Assembly (NCBI GenBank): GCA_944360115.1
Contig: CALVTH010000002.1
Span: 6,853 to 70,852 of the forward strand
Source: an uncultured Clostridia bacterium
GTDB lineage: Bacteria; Bacillota; Clostridia; Christensenellales; CAG-917
Reading direction: 5' to 3'
DNA: 64,000 bases
Shown: piece after piece, positions 42,374 to 51,267 of the stretch
Layout of the letters: each line of letters opens with the position of its first letter
How positions within the stretch are numbered: position 1 is the first letter of the stretch
Position numbers and translations under genes: made by a program
The notes under the pieces: generated by a model
The model's input: the letters and a program-made list of their open reading frames with translations, nothing else
The model's database searches: none
Told to the model about the DNA's origin: nothing

Positions 42374-44368
42374 TCACTCCGCCGCGGAGTCGGCACCGTC
42401 GGCACCCGCTTTACGCTTCTTGCTCGCCCTGACTGCGAACACCGCGCCCGTCACCGCGCCCGCAAGCACGACCACGCACGCCGCACCGATCACGCCCCAC
42501 GCCCAGTCGGGTATGGTGCCCTTCTTCTCGGCGCCGCCGTCGGACAACAGCCTGTAAACCTTGACGGGGCCTCCCTCCTCGGTCTGCCCGAACACGAACA
42601 CGCTGTTCTCGTCGAGCGACGGCGCATAGAGGGTGCAACCCTTGACGAACTGCGCTTCGAGCACGGTGTTGGAGCCGAGGTCGGAGCGGAAATTCTTTAT
42701 GCCGTACAGTGTGACGGAATTGCCGTCGGCGTCGGTGGTCGTCGTCGAGTACATATAGCACCCGCGTTTCTTTATCGCCACATTCTTGCTGGTCTTTGCT
42801 ATGTCGGCGAGGGGTTTGGTCTCGCCGTCGCTCATATATTCGAGCACGGAGCCGTCCTTGCCGAGCAGTACGGCGGCGCCGTCCGACGCGCGCACCGCAT
42901 AGGTGTAATAGCCGCGGAAAGGCTCGATCGAACTGTACTCGAACGGGATGACCAGTTCGCCGTTCATGTCGAACGCCCCGTAAAGTTCCTTGTCGTCCTT
43001 CTCGGTCTTTGCGAGTATCATGCCGTCGTGCATACTCACGGCGGTCAGCGGATATTCCTTCTCCTCGATGACCACCTTGCCTTCATAGTCGTACACGCGG
43101 AGCGCGCTGGGCATGAGCGGCGCGAAACCGTAGCCGTCCTGATACTGCAACAGCAGGTCGTACACGCCTATGCTGTCCCTCTCGACATAATCGAGTTTGA
43201 TACCCCAGTTGTTGGTGAGCGAAAGCACGATGTTGAGGTCGTAGTCCAGAACAAACTGGTCGTACTCGGCTTCCTTGCTTTCGGGGACATACAGCCCGAA
43301 GGACGAATAAATGTATCCCGCCTGCAGGAAAGAACTGGGAGCGACGACGCACCTGTCGGATCCGTTGGTGAAATAGGCGTTGACGCAGTTTAGGAAGTAG
43401 TAGGACGAATTGTACGCCGTCCTCTCCCCGTTTGCGGGGGTGACGATGTAGCGGTAGACCTTGTAATAGTCGCCGTCGTAGGAGTAGGTGTAATCGTCGG
43501 TGCTGTTCACCGTCCACTCCTCGTGGACATAGAATCTGCCGTCGCCGAGATAGGTGGCCTCGCTGTAATAGCTTTCCTTCTCCGACACGCGGTTGTAGGT
43601 GCAGGCGGCGGAAGCCGTCATATCGAGGTTTGCGCCCGCACGCTCGGGCACGGCGTAGAGGTAGGTCGAATATTCCTGCGCCGTGGAAGTGCCCGACTTG
43701 TTTTCCACCATAACATAATTGCCGTCGAAGCCGAAAACGCCGTCGAGCGAACCGCCCGCGTTGTAGACCTTGCACACGAGTTCGCCCGTGGAAGCCCTGT
43801 AAACGGGGGTGTAGTCGGTGCCGCTGCACACCGTCGAATAGGCGGGATTTACGGCGACGAGTTCGTCGTCGAGGACGGCGACCGCGGAAGAGACTTCCTT
43901 GGTTACGCCCGTCGTGGCGTCCGCTCTGAGTGCGACTTTGCCGTTCTCGAGATTTATGACGGAGGCCGTGCCGTTGTTGAAACGGATGAGGGCGAGCACG
44001 CCGTAAACCTTGATTGCGGAAATGCCGCTCGCCGTGGGATTGCCCGCGCTGTCGCGCAGCAGGAACACGGCCTGTTTGTCGTCGTCCGCCTGCGCTATGT
44101 TGAGCGATCCTGCGTCGTTGACGACTATGTAAGCGTCGAGCGTGCTCGAATAGCCGATGTCGGAATCGGCGTATGCGGTGCTGTCGGTGAGCACATTCCA
44201 CCCGGTGGGCAGAGTGAGCTGCAACTCGGCGCGGGTGATTTCGCCCGCAGACTCGTAGCCGACAAAAATGTCGCCAAGACGGGTGGCTTTGTCACACCCG
44301 ACGAGCGTCGCCGCGAGAGCGGCCAGAACGACTACCACAATCACGAAAGCGGCAAACTTTCTTTTCAT
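42374..44368 (-). CDS. large lipoprotein with a C-terminal TM anchor; contains WG-repeat-like segment(s)
   Basis: Track ORF trimmed to ATG 44366-44368 (MKRKFAAFVIVVVVLAALAATLVGC|DK), a lipobox. The C-terminus is WAWGVIGAACVVVLAGAVTGAVFAV-RASKKRK. ELYGAFDMNGELVIPFEYSSIEPFRGYYTYAV resembles WG beta-repeats. Confidence 0.7.
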   Translation of the reverse strand: MKRKFAAFVIVVVVLAALAATLVGCDKATRLGDIFVGYESAGEITRAELQLTLPTGWNVLTDSTAYADSDIGYSSTLDAYIVVNDAGSLNIAQADDDKQAVFLLRDSAGNPTASGISAIKVYGVLALIRFNNGTASVINLENGKVALRADATTGVTKEVSSAVAVLDDELVAVNPAYSTVCSGTDYTPVYRASTGELVCKVYNAGGSLDGVFGFDGNYVMVENKSGTSTAQEYSTYLYAVPERAGANLDMTASAACTYNRVSEKESYYSEATYLGDGRFYVHEEWTVNSTDDYTYSYDGDYYKVYRYIVTPANGERTAYNSSYYFLNCVNAYFTNGSDRCVVAPSSFLQAGYIYSSFGLYVPESKEAEYDQFVLDYDLNIVLSLTNNWGIKLDYVERDSIGVYDLLLQYQDGYGFAPLMPSALRVYDYEGKVVIEEKEYPLTAVSMHDGMILAKTEKDDKELYGAFDMNGELVIPFEYSSIEPFRGYYTYAVRASDGAAVLLGKDGSVLEYMSDGETKPLADIAKTSKNVAIKKRGCYMYSTTTTDADGNSVTLYGIKNFRSDLGSNTVLEAQFVKGCTLYAPSLDENSVFVFGQTEEGGPVKVYRLLSDGGAEKKGTIPDWAWGVIGAACVVVLAGAVTGAVFAVRASKKRKAGADGADSAAE

Positions 44369-45060
44369 TTTATCTCCCTGAAATAGGTGCTGTCCGCCCT
44401 GACGCCCAGCATACGCTGAACGAGGTCGGCAAGCAACATTATTGACCTTGTCTTGAGTTCCGCGGGGATGTCTCTCCGCTCCCCCGCTATGTAGGCGCGC
44501 GTCACCGCGTCTATAGCTATTCCGTCCTGCGGGGCGCAATGCGGACACACCACGCCTTCGCTTTCGGTAAAGACGGCTGCGCCGTCCAGCACGCACCTGC
44601 ACGCCGCGCAAGTGGAGAAATCGGGACAACTGCCGTTGTCGGCGAGCGCGTTTTTCATGAAATCGCACGCCGCTTCGGGCGCTCCCGCGCCGCCGTACGC
44701 CATATCGCGCAGGCACTCCGCCGCGTGCAAGAAAAGCTGCGGCTGCGGTTCGGGGGAAAGTCTGGTCAGCAGTTCGAGCACGAAACACGCCGCGTAATAT
44801 TTCCCGAGGTCCTCCGTCAGCACCGAGAAGGAATCGTACTGCACGCAATCGGTGACGACATACCTGTCGCCCTTGCCCGACAACATATATTCGCCGAAAT
44901 TCATAATGGACGCGGCGTAACGCAACTTGGCGCGGGGTTTGAGACAACCCTTCGCCGACGCGGTGAGCCTTCCCTCTTCGGGAGAAACCAGAGTGAGTAT
45001 GAGGTCGGCTTCCCTATAAGGAACGGCTCTCGTCACTATTGCCCTGACTTTTTTGTCCAT
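44365..45060 (-). CDS. recO: DNA repair protein RecO
   Basis: MDKKVRAIVTRAVPYREADLILTLVS... with the Cys4 zinc motif CAACRC...CPHC. The alternative upstream ATG at 45093 lacks an SD. Confidence 0.85.
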   Translation of the reverse strand: MDKKVRAIVTRAVPYREADLILTLVSPEEGRLTASAKGCLKPRAKLRYAASIMNFGEYMLSGKGDRYVVTDCVQYDSFSVLTEDLGKYYAACFVLELLTRLSPEPQPQLFLHAAECLRDMAYGGAGAPEAACDFMKNALADNGSCPDFSTCAACRCVLDGAAVFTESEGVVCPHCAPQDGIAIDAVTRAYIAGERRDIPAELKTRSIMLLADLVQRMLGVRADSTYFREIK

Positions 45061-45154
45061 TTTTTCTCTTATCGTCGAGGGCACGGTAGGCATTGTAGAA
45101 AACTATGCTGCCGCTTCTTTCAAACATCTTCCAAAGTTCGTTCTTTCCGAGCAT
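45014..45154 (-). CDS. yqzL: YqzL-like small protein (tentative)
   Basis: Not in the track (46 aa). MLGKNELWKMFERSGSIVFYNAYRALDDKRKNGQKSQGNSDESRSL. The W-K-x-F-x-x-[ST]-G-x-I-x-x-Y pattern and its position between era and recO match B. subtilis yqzL as I recall it. No clear SD, and it overlaps the recO start by 47 nt. Confidence 0.45.
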   Translation of the reverse strand: MLGKNELWKMFERSGSIVFYNAYRALDDKRKNGQKSQGNSDESRSL

Positions 45155-45274
45155 GGCAGTAGTTTGTGCCGCCCCGCGCCTTTTATCCGCACCCGCGCAC
45201 GCGCTCTCGCCACCGCACGGGTTTGTCGCATATTACGGGTTTCACGCGGCGAAAACGCCGTATAAACACCGCTT

Positions 45275-46174
45275 TCAGTCCTTGAGGTCCTTGGGGTCGT
45301 ACCCCAGTTCTCTCATCAGGAACTCGCTGTCGCGCCATTCGCTCTTGACGCGGACATACAGTTCGAGGTACACCTGACACCCGACGAGTTGTTCGAGGTC
45401 CGCCCTCGCCGCTTCCCCGATTTTCTTCAGGGTCGCGCCGCCTTTGCCGATGACGATTGCCTTGTGCGACTGCTTTTCGCACACCACATCGGCAAGTATG
45501 TCGCAGATTCCTTGATTTTCCCTGAAAGAAAACTTCTGAATGTACACTCCTATGCCGTACGGCACTTCCTTGTCCAACAGGTAAAGGGCTTTCTCGCGCA
45601 CGATTTCCGCCGCCATGAACCTCAGCGAACTGTCCGTGTACATATCCTCGGGGAACATCGGCTCGCCCTCGGGAAGCAGGGCGACGAGTTCCTTCCTGAG
45701 GTCGTCGAGGTTGTCGCCGCGCTTTGCCGACATCGGCACGACGGCTTTGATTTCGGGATACGCAGTCAGCGCCGACAGCGTCTCGAAAAGCGTGGTCTGC
45801 GTGACGGCGTCCTGTTTGTTGACGGCGACGACGACGGGATATTTTCCGCTGTTCGTTTCGAGGAATTTCGCGTCCTCTTTGCGCAGTCCGCGCGACGCGT
45901 CCACGACATAAAGCACGCAATCCACATCCTTGAGCGCGCCCGCCACCGACTTCATCATATACTCGCCCAGTTTGTTGCGGGCGTCGTGTATGCCGGGGGT
46001 GTCGATGAACGCCGCCTGCCAGCCGTCCCCGCCCGTGACGCCGAGAATTTTGTTTCGCGTCGTCTGCGGTCTCCACGAAACTATGGCGACCTTTTCGCCC
46101 ACCAGGGCGTTGATGAGAGTGGACTTGCCGGCGTTGGGCAGTCCCGCAATGCAAACGAAACCGAATTTACTCAA
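45275..46174 (-). CDS. era: GTPase Era
   Basis: 299 aa with the G1 motif GLPNAGKST, DTPG, NKQD and a C-terminal KH domain. Confidence 0.95.
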   Translation of the reverse strand: MSKFGFVCIAGLPNAGKSTLINALVGEKVAIVSWRPQTTRNKILGVTGGDGWQAAFIDTPGIHDARNKLGEYMMKSVAGALKDVDCVLYVVDASRGLRKEDAKFLETNSGKYPVVVAVNKQDAVTQTTLFETLSALTAYPEIKAVVPMSAKRGDNLDDLRKELVALLPEGEPMFPEDMYTDSSLRFMAAEIVREKALYLLDKEVPYGIGVYIQKFSFRENQGICDILADVVCEKQSHKAIVIGKGGATLKKIGEAARADLEQLVGCQVYLELYVRVKSEWRDSEFLMRELGYDPKDLKD

Positions 46175-46682
46175 CTTTTTCTTTCCTCTTTTTCCCGAAG
46201 CGTCCGCCGCGGAAATCTCTCGTGATACCCGCCGCCGTCATTATTCTTTCGGCGGTCTCGGTCATAATCTTCTCTTCGTCGGGTTGAATGTGGTCGAACC
46301 CGAACAGGTGCAGCAATCCGTGACAAAGCAGATAGCCGAACTCCCGCTCGTAGGAATGTCCGAATCTCTCCGCCTGTTCCTCGGCGCGGGCGCGGCAAAT
46401 CATTATGTCGCCGAGCGCCACCCTGCCGCCGTCGAAATCCCCCGCCGTGAAATCGGCTTTGACCGCGGGGAGTCTCAGTCCTTCGAAGGCGGGAAAACTC
46501 AGCACATCGGTGACGGAATCCACCCCCCTGCTGTCACAGTTGAGCGTCCTTATCTCGTCCTCGGACGCCACATCGGCGTACACCACGAAGATGTCGCTCT
46601 GACCCAGAACGGAAAGCACGGCTTTCTCCACCTTTGCGGCCGTCTTTTTTTCGGAGCGCGTTGCGCGTGAGAGACTGACCAT
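46167..46682 (-). CDS. ybeY: rRNA maturation RNase YbeY
   Basis: Track ORF trimmed to ATG 46680-46682 (MVSLSRATRSEKK). Zinc motif HGLLHLFGFDH. Confidence 0.9.
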   Translation of the reverse strand: MVSLSRATRSEKKTAAKVEKAVLSVLGQSDIFVVYADVASEDEIRTLNCDSRGVDSVTDVLSFPAFEGLRLPAVKADFTAGDFDGGRVALGDIMICRARAEEQAERFGHSYEREFGYLLCHGLLHLFGFDHIQPDEEKIMTETAERIMTAAGITRDFRGGRFGKKRKEKVE

Positions 46683-48163
46683 TACGATTTCTTTTCTCCC
46701 TTTTCGTACGCCACCCTGCCGTGCTGGACGCGCGGAAGAGTCTCGATGATGGTGCTCTTGATGACGGCGAGTTCGCTGAGCGTTATGGGACACTCGTCAA
46801 ACTGCCCGAGCGCGAGTTTTTCGTCGACGAGTTTGTTCACGCGGGTGACGAACTCCTCCTTGTCCGGCGGGGTGTACGCGCGCATGGCAGCCTCGACGGT
46901 GTCGGCAATCATGATTATCGCCGAAACCTTGCTCTGGGGTTTGGGACCGGGATACTGATAGTTGCCCACCGACAAATCGCCCTCCTCGGTGAGATTGAGG
47001 GCCTTGCGGTAGAAATATCCTACGGGCGAGGTGCCGTGATGTTCGCGGCAGACGGCGACGATTTCGGGGGGCAGGCGGTATTGTTTGGCGAGGATTTCGC
47101 CGAACACCGTATGCGCCGTTATCATGCTCACGCTGACCTCGGGCACGAGTTCGTCGTGCGGGTTGTAGTCGGACTGGTTTTCCGAGAAGAATATCGGGGC
47201 TTTGAGTTTGCCGATGTCGTGATAGTACGCCGCGGCGCGGGCGAGGTGCGGATTCTCGCCGATTGCCTGGGCACACGCCTCGGAGAGGTTGCCCACGACC
47301 AGCGAATGGTTGAATGTGCCGGGGGCTTCGCTTGCCAGTCTCTTGAGAAGAGGCTGATTGAGGTTGGTGAGTTCGTCCAGTCTGAAGTCGTCGGCGATGT
47401 TGAATATGCCTTCGAACACGGCGACCACGGGAGTGAACACCACCACCGCGCCGAGCGCCGCGCAGTACGCCCACAGAGGATTGAACACGAGAGACATATC
47501 CGTCCTGCCCATTGCGAGGTTGCAAAGCACGACGAAAGGCACCACCACGAAAGACGCGCCGCACGCCGCCAGCAGAAATTTGAAACGGGAAAGATGTTTG
47601 TTTTTCAGTTCGCCCACGGTGAGAGCGACGACGAATCCTCCGAGCACGGACACGGTGATGTCCGTCATCTTGGCGGCGTAATCGTTGACCCCGGACACGA
47701 ACAGCAACAACAGCATACCGCCCGTAACCAGCGTTACGGCGACCGCGTTCCTGCGGTTGCTGAGTTCCGCCATAACCAGCGCGCCGAGACTGAGCGGCAA
47801 CGCGTAGGCGTCCAGTTTCGCGCAGGTGGGAACGGCAATCATGTATGTCACCGCCACCATCGACACGCACAGCAAAAAGTCGCGTCCCGCGGGAGTGCCC
47901 GGCTCGGCTTTGGCGTACGAGGCGAAGAAAAGCACCACGAACATGAAAGCGTTGAGCGCGAAAAGACCGCTCGTCGCCGTCGCAATTTCGGGAGTGAACG
48001 ACGCCTTGAAGTCGCCCGTCACGAAAATGCCGAACAGTGTGAGCAACACGGACAGCACGAGCGCCGCGGGATAGGTCTTGCCGAAAGTTATCAGCACCTT
48101 TTTGCGGTGGTCGAACGCCGCCCTCTCTATGCTCGTCATATCGACATAACTTTTTCTCAGCAT
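46682..48163 (-). CDS. pgpH: 7TM-HD membrane phosphohydrolase (PgpH/YqfF family)
   Basis: 493 aa with multiple TM helices, then the HD domain YHDIGKLKAPIFFSENQ. Confidence 0.85.
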   Translation of the reverse strand: MLRKSYVDMTSIERAAFDHRKKVLITFGKTYPAALVLSVLLTLFGIFVTGDFKASFTPEIATATSGLFALNAFMFVVLFFASYAKAEPGTPAGRDFLLCVSMVAVTYMIAVPTCAKLDAYALPLSLGALVMAELSNRRNAVAVTLVTGGMLLLLFVSGVNDYAAKMTDITVSVLGGFVVALTVGELKNKHLSRFKFLLAACGASFVVVPFVVLCNLAMGRTDMSLVFNPLWAYCAALGAVVVFTPVVAVFEGIFNIADDFRLDELTNLNQPLLKRLASEAPGTFNHSLVVGNLSEACAQAIGENPHLARAAAYYHDIGKLKAPIFFSENQSDYNPHDELVPEVSVSMITAHTVFGEILAKQYRLPPEIVAVCREHHGTSPVGYFYRKALNLTEEGDLSVGNYQYPGPKPQSKVSAIIMIADTVEAAMRAYTPPDKEEFVTRVNKLVDEKLALGQFDECPITLSELAVIKSTIIETLPRVQHGRVAYEKGEKKS

Positions 48164-49191
48164 TTTTCAGCCTCCGACGCCGTCGCGGTGTCGTCCGCAA
48201 CGCCGTTTTCTTCTTTGCGTAAATCCGTAGTGCGCGCCGACCGCGCGGCCTCTTCGTCCGCCTTTTCGTAGGCTTGCACTATCCTGCTCACCAGCCCGTG
48301 ACGGACCACATCGCCGCACCCGAGCCGCACCACCGCGATGTCCTTGACTTCCCTGAGAACACGCTCCGCGTCCTTGAGTCCGCTCGTGACATTGCGCGGC
48401 AAATCTATCTGAGTGTCGTCGCCCGTAATCACCATTCTGCTGCCCTCGCCGAGACGAGTAAGGAACATTTTCATCTGCTCGCAGGTGGTGTTCTGCGCTT
48501 CGTCGAGGATGATGAAACTCTTGTTGAGGGTGCGCCCGCGCATATAGGCAAGCGGAGCAATCTCCACCGTGCCGCGCTCCATGGCGCGCTGATAGCCCTC
48601 GCCCATGAGGTCCTGCAACGCGTCGTAAAGCGGACGGAGATACGGGTCCACCTTTTCGGTGAGGTCGCCGGGGAGAAAGCCCAGTTTTTCGCCCGCTTCG
48701 ACGGCGGGACGGGTGAGGATAATCCTCTCGACTTCCCGTTTTCGCAGGGCTTCCACCGCAAAGGCGACGGCGAGATATGTCTTGCCCGTGCCCGCGGGAC
48801 CTATGCCGAAAACTATGGTGTTGCGCCGTATGGCGTCGCAGTAGTCCGCCTGCCCCGCGCTCCTCGGACGCACGCTCTTGCCGCGCCCGCCCACGACGGA
48901 AGCCGACAGACTTTCGACTATGTCCTCCCTGCCTTTTTCCAGCATGTCGACGACGGCTTTTATCTGTTTCTCGCCGACGGTGCACTTCTCCGACAATTCC
49001 GCAAGCGCCGCAACCGCCGCCTGCGCCTTTTCCACGCCCTCTTCCTCGCCGCTTATCTTCAGACAATCGGCATTGACGCGAAAAGACACGCCGAACGCCT
49101 CTTCGAGCAAACGGACATTGCCGTCCAGCCCGCCGAAAACCGCCCTGAACGCGTCGTAATCGTCAATTGTGAATTCTTTTGTCACTTTCAT
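48157..49191 (-). CDS. phoH: PhoH-family ATPase
   Basis: 344 aa with Walker A GPAGTGKTYLA, ILDEAQN and GDDTQIDLP. Confidence 0.92.
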   Translation of the reverse strand: MKVTKEFTIDDYDAFRAVFGGLDGNVRLLEEAFGVSFRVNADCLKISGEEEGVEKAQAAVAALAELSEKCTVGEKQIKAVVDMLEKGREDIVESLSASVVGGRGKSVRPRSAGQADYCDAIRRNTIVFGIGPAGTGKTYLAVAFAVEALRKREVERIILTRPAVEAGEKLGFLPGDLTEKVDPYLRPLYDALQDLMGEGYQRAMERGTVEIAPLAYMRGRTLNKSFIILDEAQNTTCEQMKMFLTRLGEGSRMVITGDDTQIDLPRNVTSGLKDAERVLREVKDIAVVRLGCGDVVRHGLVSRIVQAYEKADEEAARSARTTDLRKEENGVADDTATASEAEKC

Positions 49192-49192
49192 C

Positions 49193-50719
49193 TCATTTCG
49201 GCGCGGAGTCTATCCTTTCCTCCGCCGCGATTGTCACTTTCACCAGCGTACCGCCGTCGACGCGCGTCGCCGCGGTCGTCGCCGACATCACCGTCGCCCC
49301 CGCGGGAAGCAGGGTCACCGCGTCGGAAAAGGCGAGGGATTTCATCTCCTCTTCCGTGCGCGTGTTCTCGCTTTCGGCGTATGTCACTTCCGTGAAACGG
49401 AATGTGTGCACATAATATCCGACCAGCAGATTGTTGCGGGTCACGGTCGTCTCGAGTATGTAGTCCTCGAAAGGCGACTCGGGCGCAACGGGCGTCTGAG
49501 GTCCGAAGGTCAGGCGCGTGTAGGTTTTGCTCGCCCCTTTCACCGCCGTTATCTCGGTGTCGGGGAAAAACCGCGAATACTCGGTGTAGGTCATGCCGTA
49601 CACCTCGCCCGCCGCCGCCGAGGGCACCTTTTCCTCTCCGACGGTGAGATAACCGCCGATGAGCTCGTCGCCCGCCGACACGATGTCGCCGTAACCCACC
49701 GCCGCCGTGCCCGAAAAGACGACCACACGCGTCACCATTGCCCGTTTCGTCGCCGTGACGGAAGCCCCCGCCACGCCGATGAATGAATCGGAACGGTGCT
49801 CCGCGCGCACTTCCACGCACACGCGCGTGCCCACCTTCTCGACGGAAGCGTACACCACCCCGTCGAGAGCGCGCAACTGTTCGGCAACCGCCGCGCCGTC
49901 GAAGGAAAAGAGGACGCTCCCCTCGACGATACCGTTGTCGGATAGTATGCGTGCAATGTCGGAGTTCCATTCTCCGACGCACTCCACCGAAGTGACGGCG
50001 TTGGGAAACACCGCAACCGCGACGACGGTCGCAATCAGCCCGCACACCACGCCCGCTCTACGGCACGCGCCGATGAGGGAAAGCACAATCCCACGCTCGC
50101 GTTTTATTTTATAATCATAGCATAGGGTATCCAATATTGCAACAATCTTCGCCTTGTCGCGCGACGCCGCCGAAAAGCCGAACACCCGTCCCTCGGAACG
50201 CACGCGGCGGATGTGCGCCGCTTCCGACAACAGCGACAGCAATCTCGCGTGGTTCAGCCCGTACACCTCGAATTCCGTCACCGAAAAAGGCACTTTTTCC
50301 GCGGCGATACGCTTTCTTTCGCGCGGCAACGACGAGGATTTCGCACCCGATTGCCCGCGCGCTCCGCGCCACAAATGACGACTCCCCCTCCCGCCGTCCT
50401 CCCCGTCCGTGCTCTTCTCGGAAAGGCGGTTTTCACGGTGAAAAAATCTCGCCGCACTACGGACAAAACGGGATTTCCCGCGTCTTTCGCCAGAGGATTC
50501 CACGCGGTTAGATTGCAGATTTTTGCCGATTTCGTCCTTTTCGGAGGTGGAAAACGCGCCGCGGTCGGCGGCACGGTCGTCCGCGGCGCTCTCCTCCGCG
50601 TCGACAACCCTTTCGAGTCGCACGCGGGAACGCACTTTCAAGTCCGACAACCGCGCGGCAATACGCGGCAATATCCCGCCGCTACTGCGCTTCCACACCG
50701 ACGACGCGCCCCGTGACAT
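49193..50719 (-). CDS. yqfD: sporulation protein YqfD (stage IV); start uncertain
   Basis: Similarity to the YqfD core begins near residue 144 (FSVTEFEVYGLNHARLLSLLSE...) and includes a TM segment and a YqfD-like C-terminal region. The first ~143 aa are low-complexity R/S/G/E-rich. An alternative GTG start lies at 50293. Confidence 0.7.
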   Translation of the reverse strand: MSRGASSVWKRSSGGILPRIAARLSDLKVRSRVRLERVVDAEESAADDRAADRGAFSTSEKDEIGKNLQSNRVESSGERRGKSRFVRSAARFFHRENRLSEKSTDGEDGGRGSRHLWRGARGQSGAKSSSLPRERKRIAAEKVPFSVTEFEVYGLNHARLLSLLSEAAHIRRVRSEGRVFGFSAASRDKAKIVAILDTLCYDYKIKRERGIVLSLIGACRRAGVVCGLIATVVAVAVFPNAVTSVECVGEWNSDIARILSDNGIVEGSVLFSFDGAAVAEQLRALDGVVYASVEKVGTRVCVEVRAEHRSDSFIGVAGASVTATKRAMVTRVVVFSGTAAVGYGDIVSAGDELIGGYLTVGEEKVPSAAAGEVYGMTYTEYSRFFPDTEITAVKGASKTYTRLTFGPQTPVAPESPFEDYILETTVTRNNLLVGYYVHTFRFTEVTYAESENTRTEEEMKSLAFSDAVTLLPAGATVMSATTAATRVDGGTLVKVTIAAEERIDSAPK

Positions 50720-50933
50720 AAGCGTCTCCTCCTCCTATCTCGGCAAGCGACAACCCTTCGCCCGTCACCTTTACAACGGCGCGGGGCACGCTGAGTCGGA
50801 TTTCCGTATCGGAGGCGGAAAGCACTCTCTTCACGCCGCTGACCGCAACGCCCTTTCCGCCCACGAGTGTTACGACATAGGGCGCGAAATCGTCGCCCCT
50901 GTCTAATTTGTCCAGCATTTCCCGTATGAACAT
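50682..50933 (-). CDS. yqfC: sporulation protein YqfC (YabP family)
   Basis: 83 aa. APYVVTLVGGKGVAVSGVKRVLSASDTEIRLSVPRAVVKVTGEGLSLAEI matches the YabP/YqfC fold pattern, with yqfC-yqfD synteny. Confidence 0.8.
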   Translation of the reverse strand: MFIREMLDKLDRGDDFAPYVVTLVGGKGVAVSGVKRVLSASDTEIRLSVPRAVVKVTGEGLSLAEIGGGDAYVTGRVVGVEAQ

Positions 50934-51069
50934 ACTTCACACTATGCGCGTGCGCGGCGGGCTATGCTCTCCCGCGCCCCTCCTCCGCTCCGACGGTTTT
51001 CCTTTCCCCTCTCGCGTCGGACACGCAATGTCGAAACGGAAACGGCACGCCGATTCGGCCGAAAGCCCC

Positions 51070-51164
51070 GCCGCGGAAAGAAAGCGCATAAAGCCACAAT
51101 CCCGTCATGGAAAGGAAGCGCGTATGACCACAATCACGCCGCGGAAAGAAAGCATACAAAGCCA
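51070..51164. repeat. imperfect 27-bp direct repeat pair (68-bp period) upstream of yqfC
   Basis: GCCGCGGAAAGAAAGCGCATAAAGCCA (51070-51096) versus GCCGCGGAAAGAAAGCATACAAAGCCA (51138-51164). CCACAATC also recurs. Confidence 0.7.
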
Positions 51165-51216
51165 AAGCCGCGGCGCGCACGGCGGCGTTTGCCGATGAAA
51201 ATCGCCGAAAACGACG

Positions 51217-51239
51217 AAACCCGCGGGTTGCGCGGGTTT
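51217..51239 (-). terminator. intrinsic terminator after dnaB
   Basis: Perfect 9-bp stem AAACCCGCG/CGCGGGTTT with a 5-nt loop. On the minus strand it is followed by CGTCGTTTTCGG. Confidence 0.55.
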
Positions 51240-51267
51240 CGGTCAGGTCGTTGCGTACTGCGGAATG

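Noticed and set aside
50934-50946. Sporulation sigma-E/K-like -10 element (CATAGTGT) in front of yqfC.
   Set aside because: It lies only 5 nt from the ATG, which would imply a leaderless mRNA, and the -35 match is minimal. Too weak to call as a feature.
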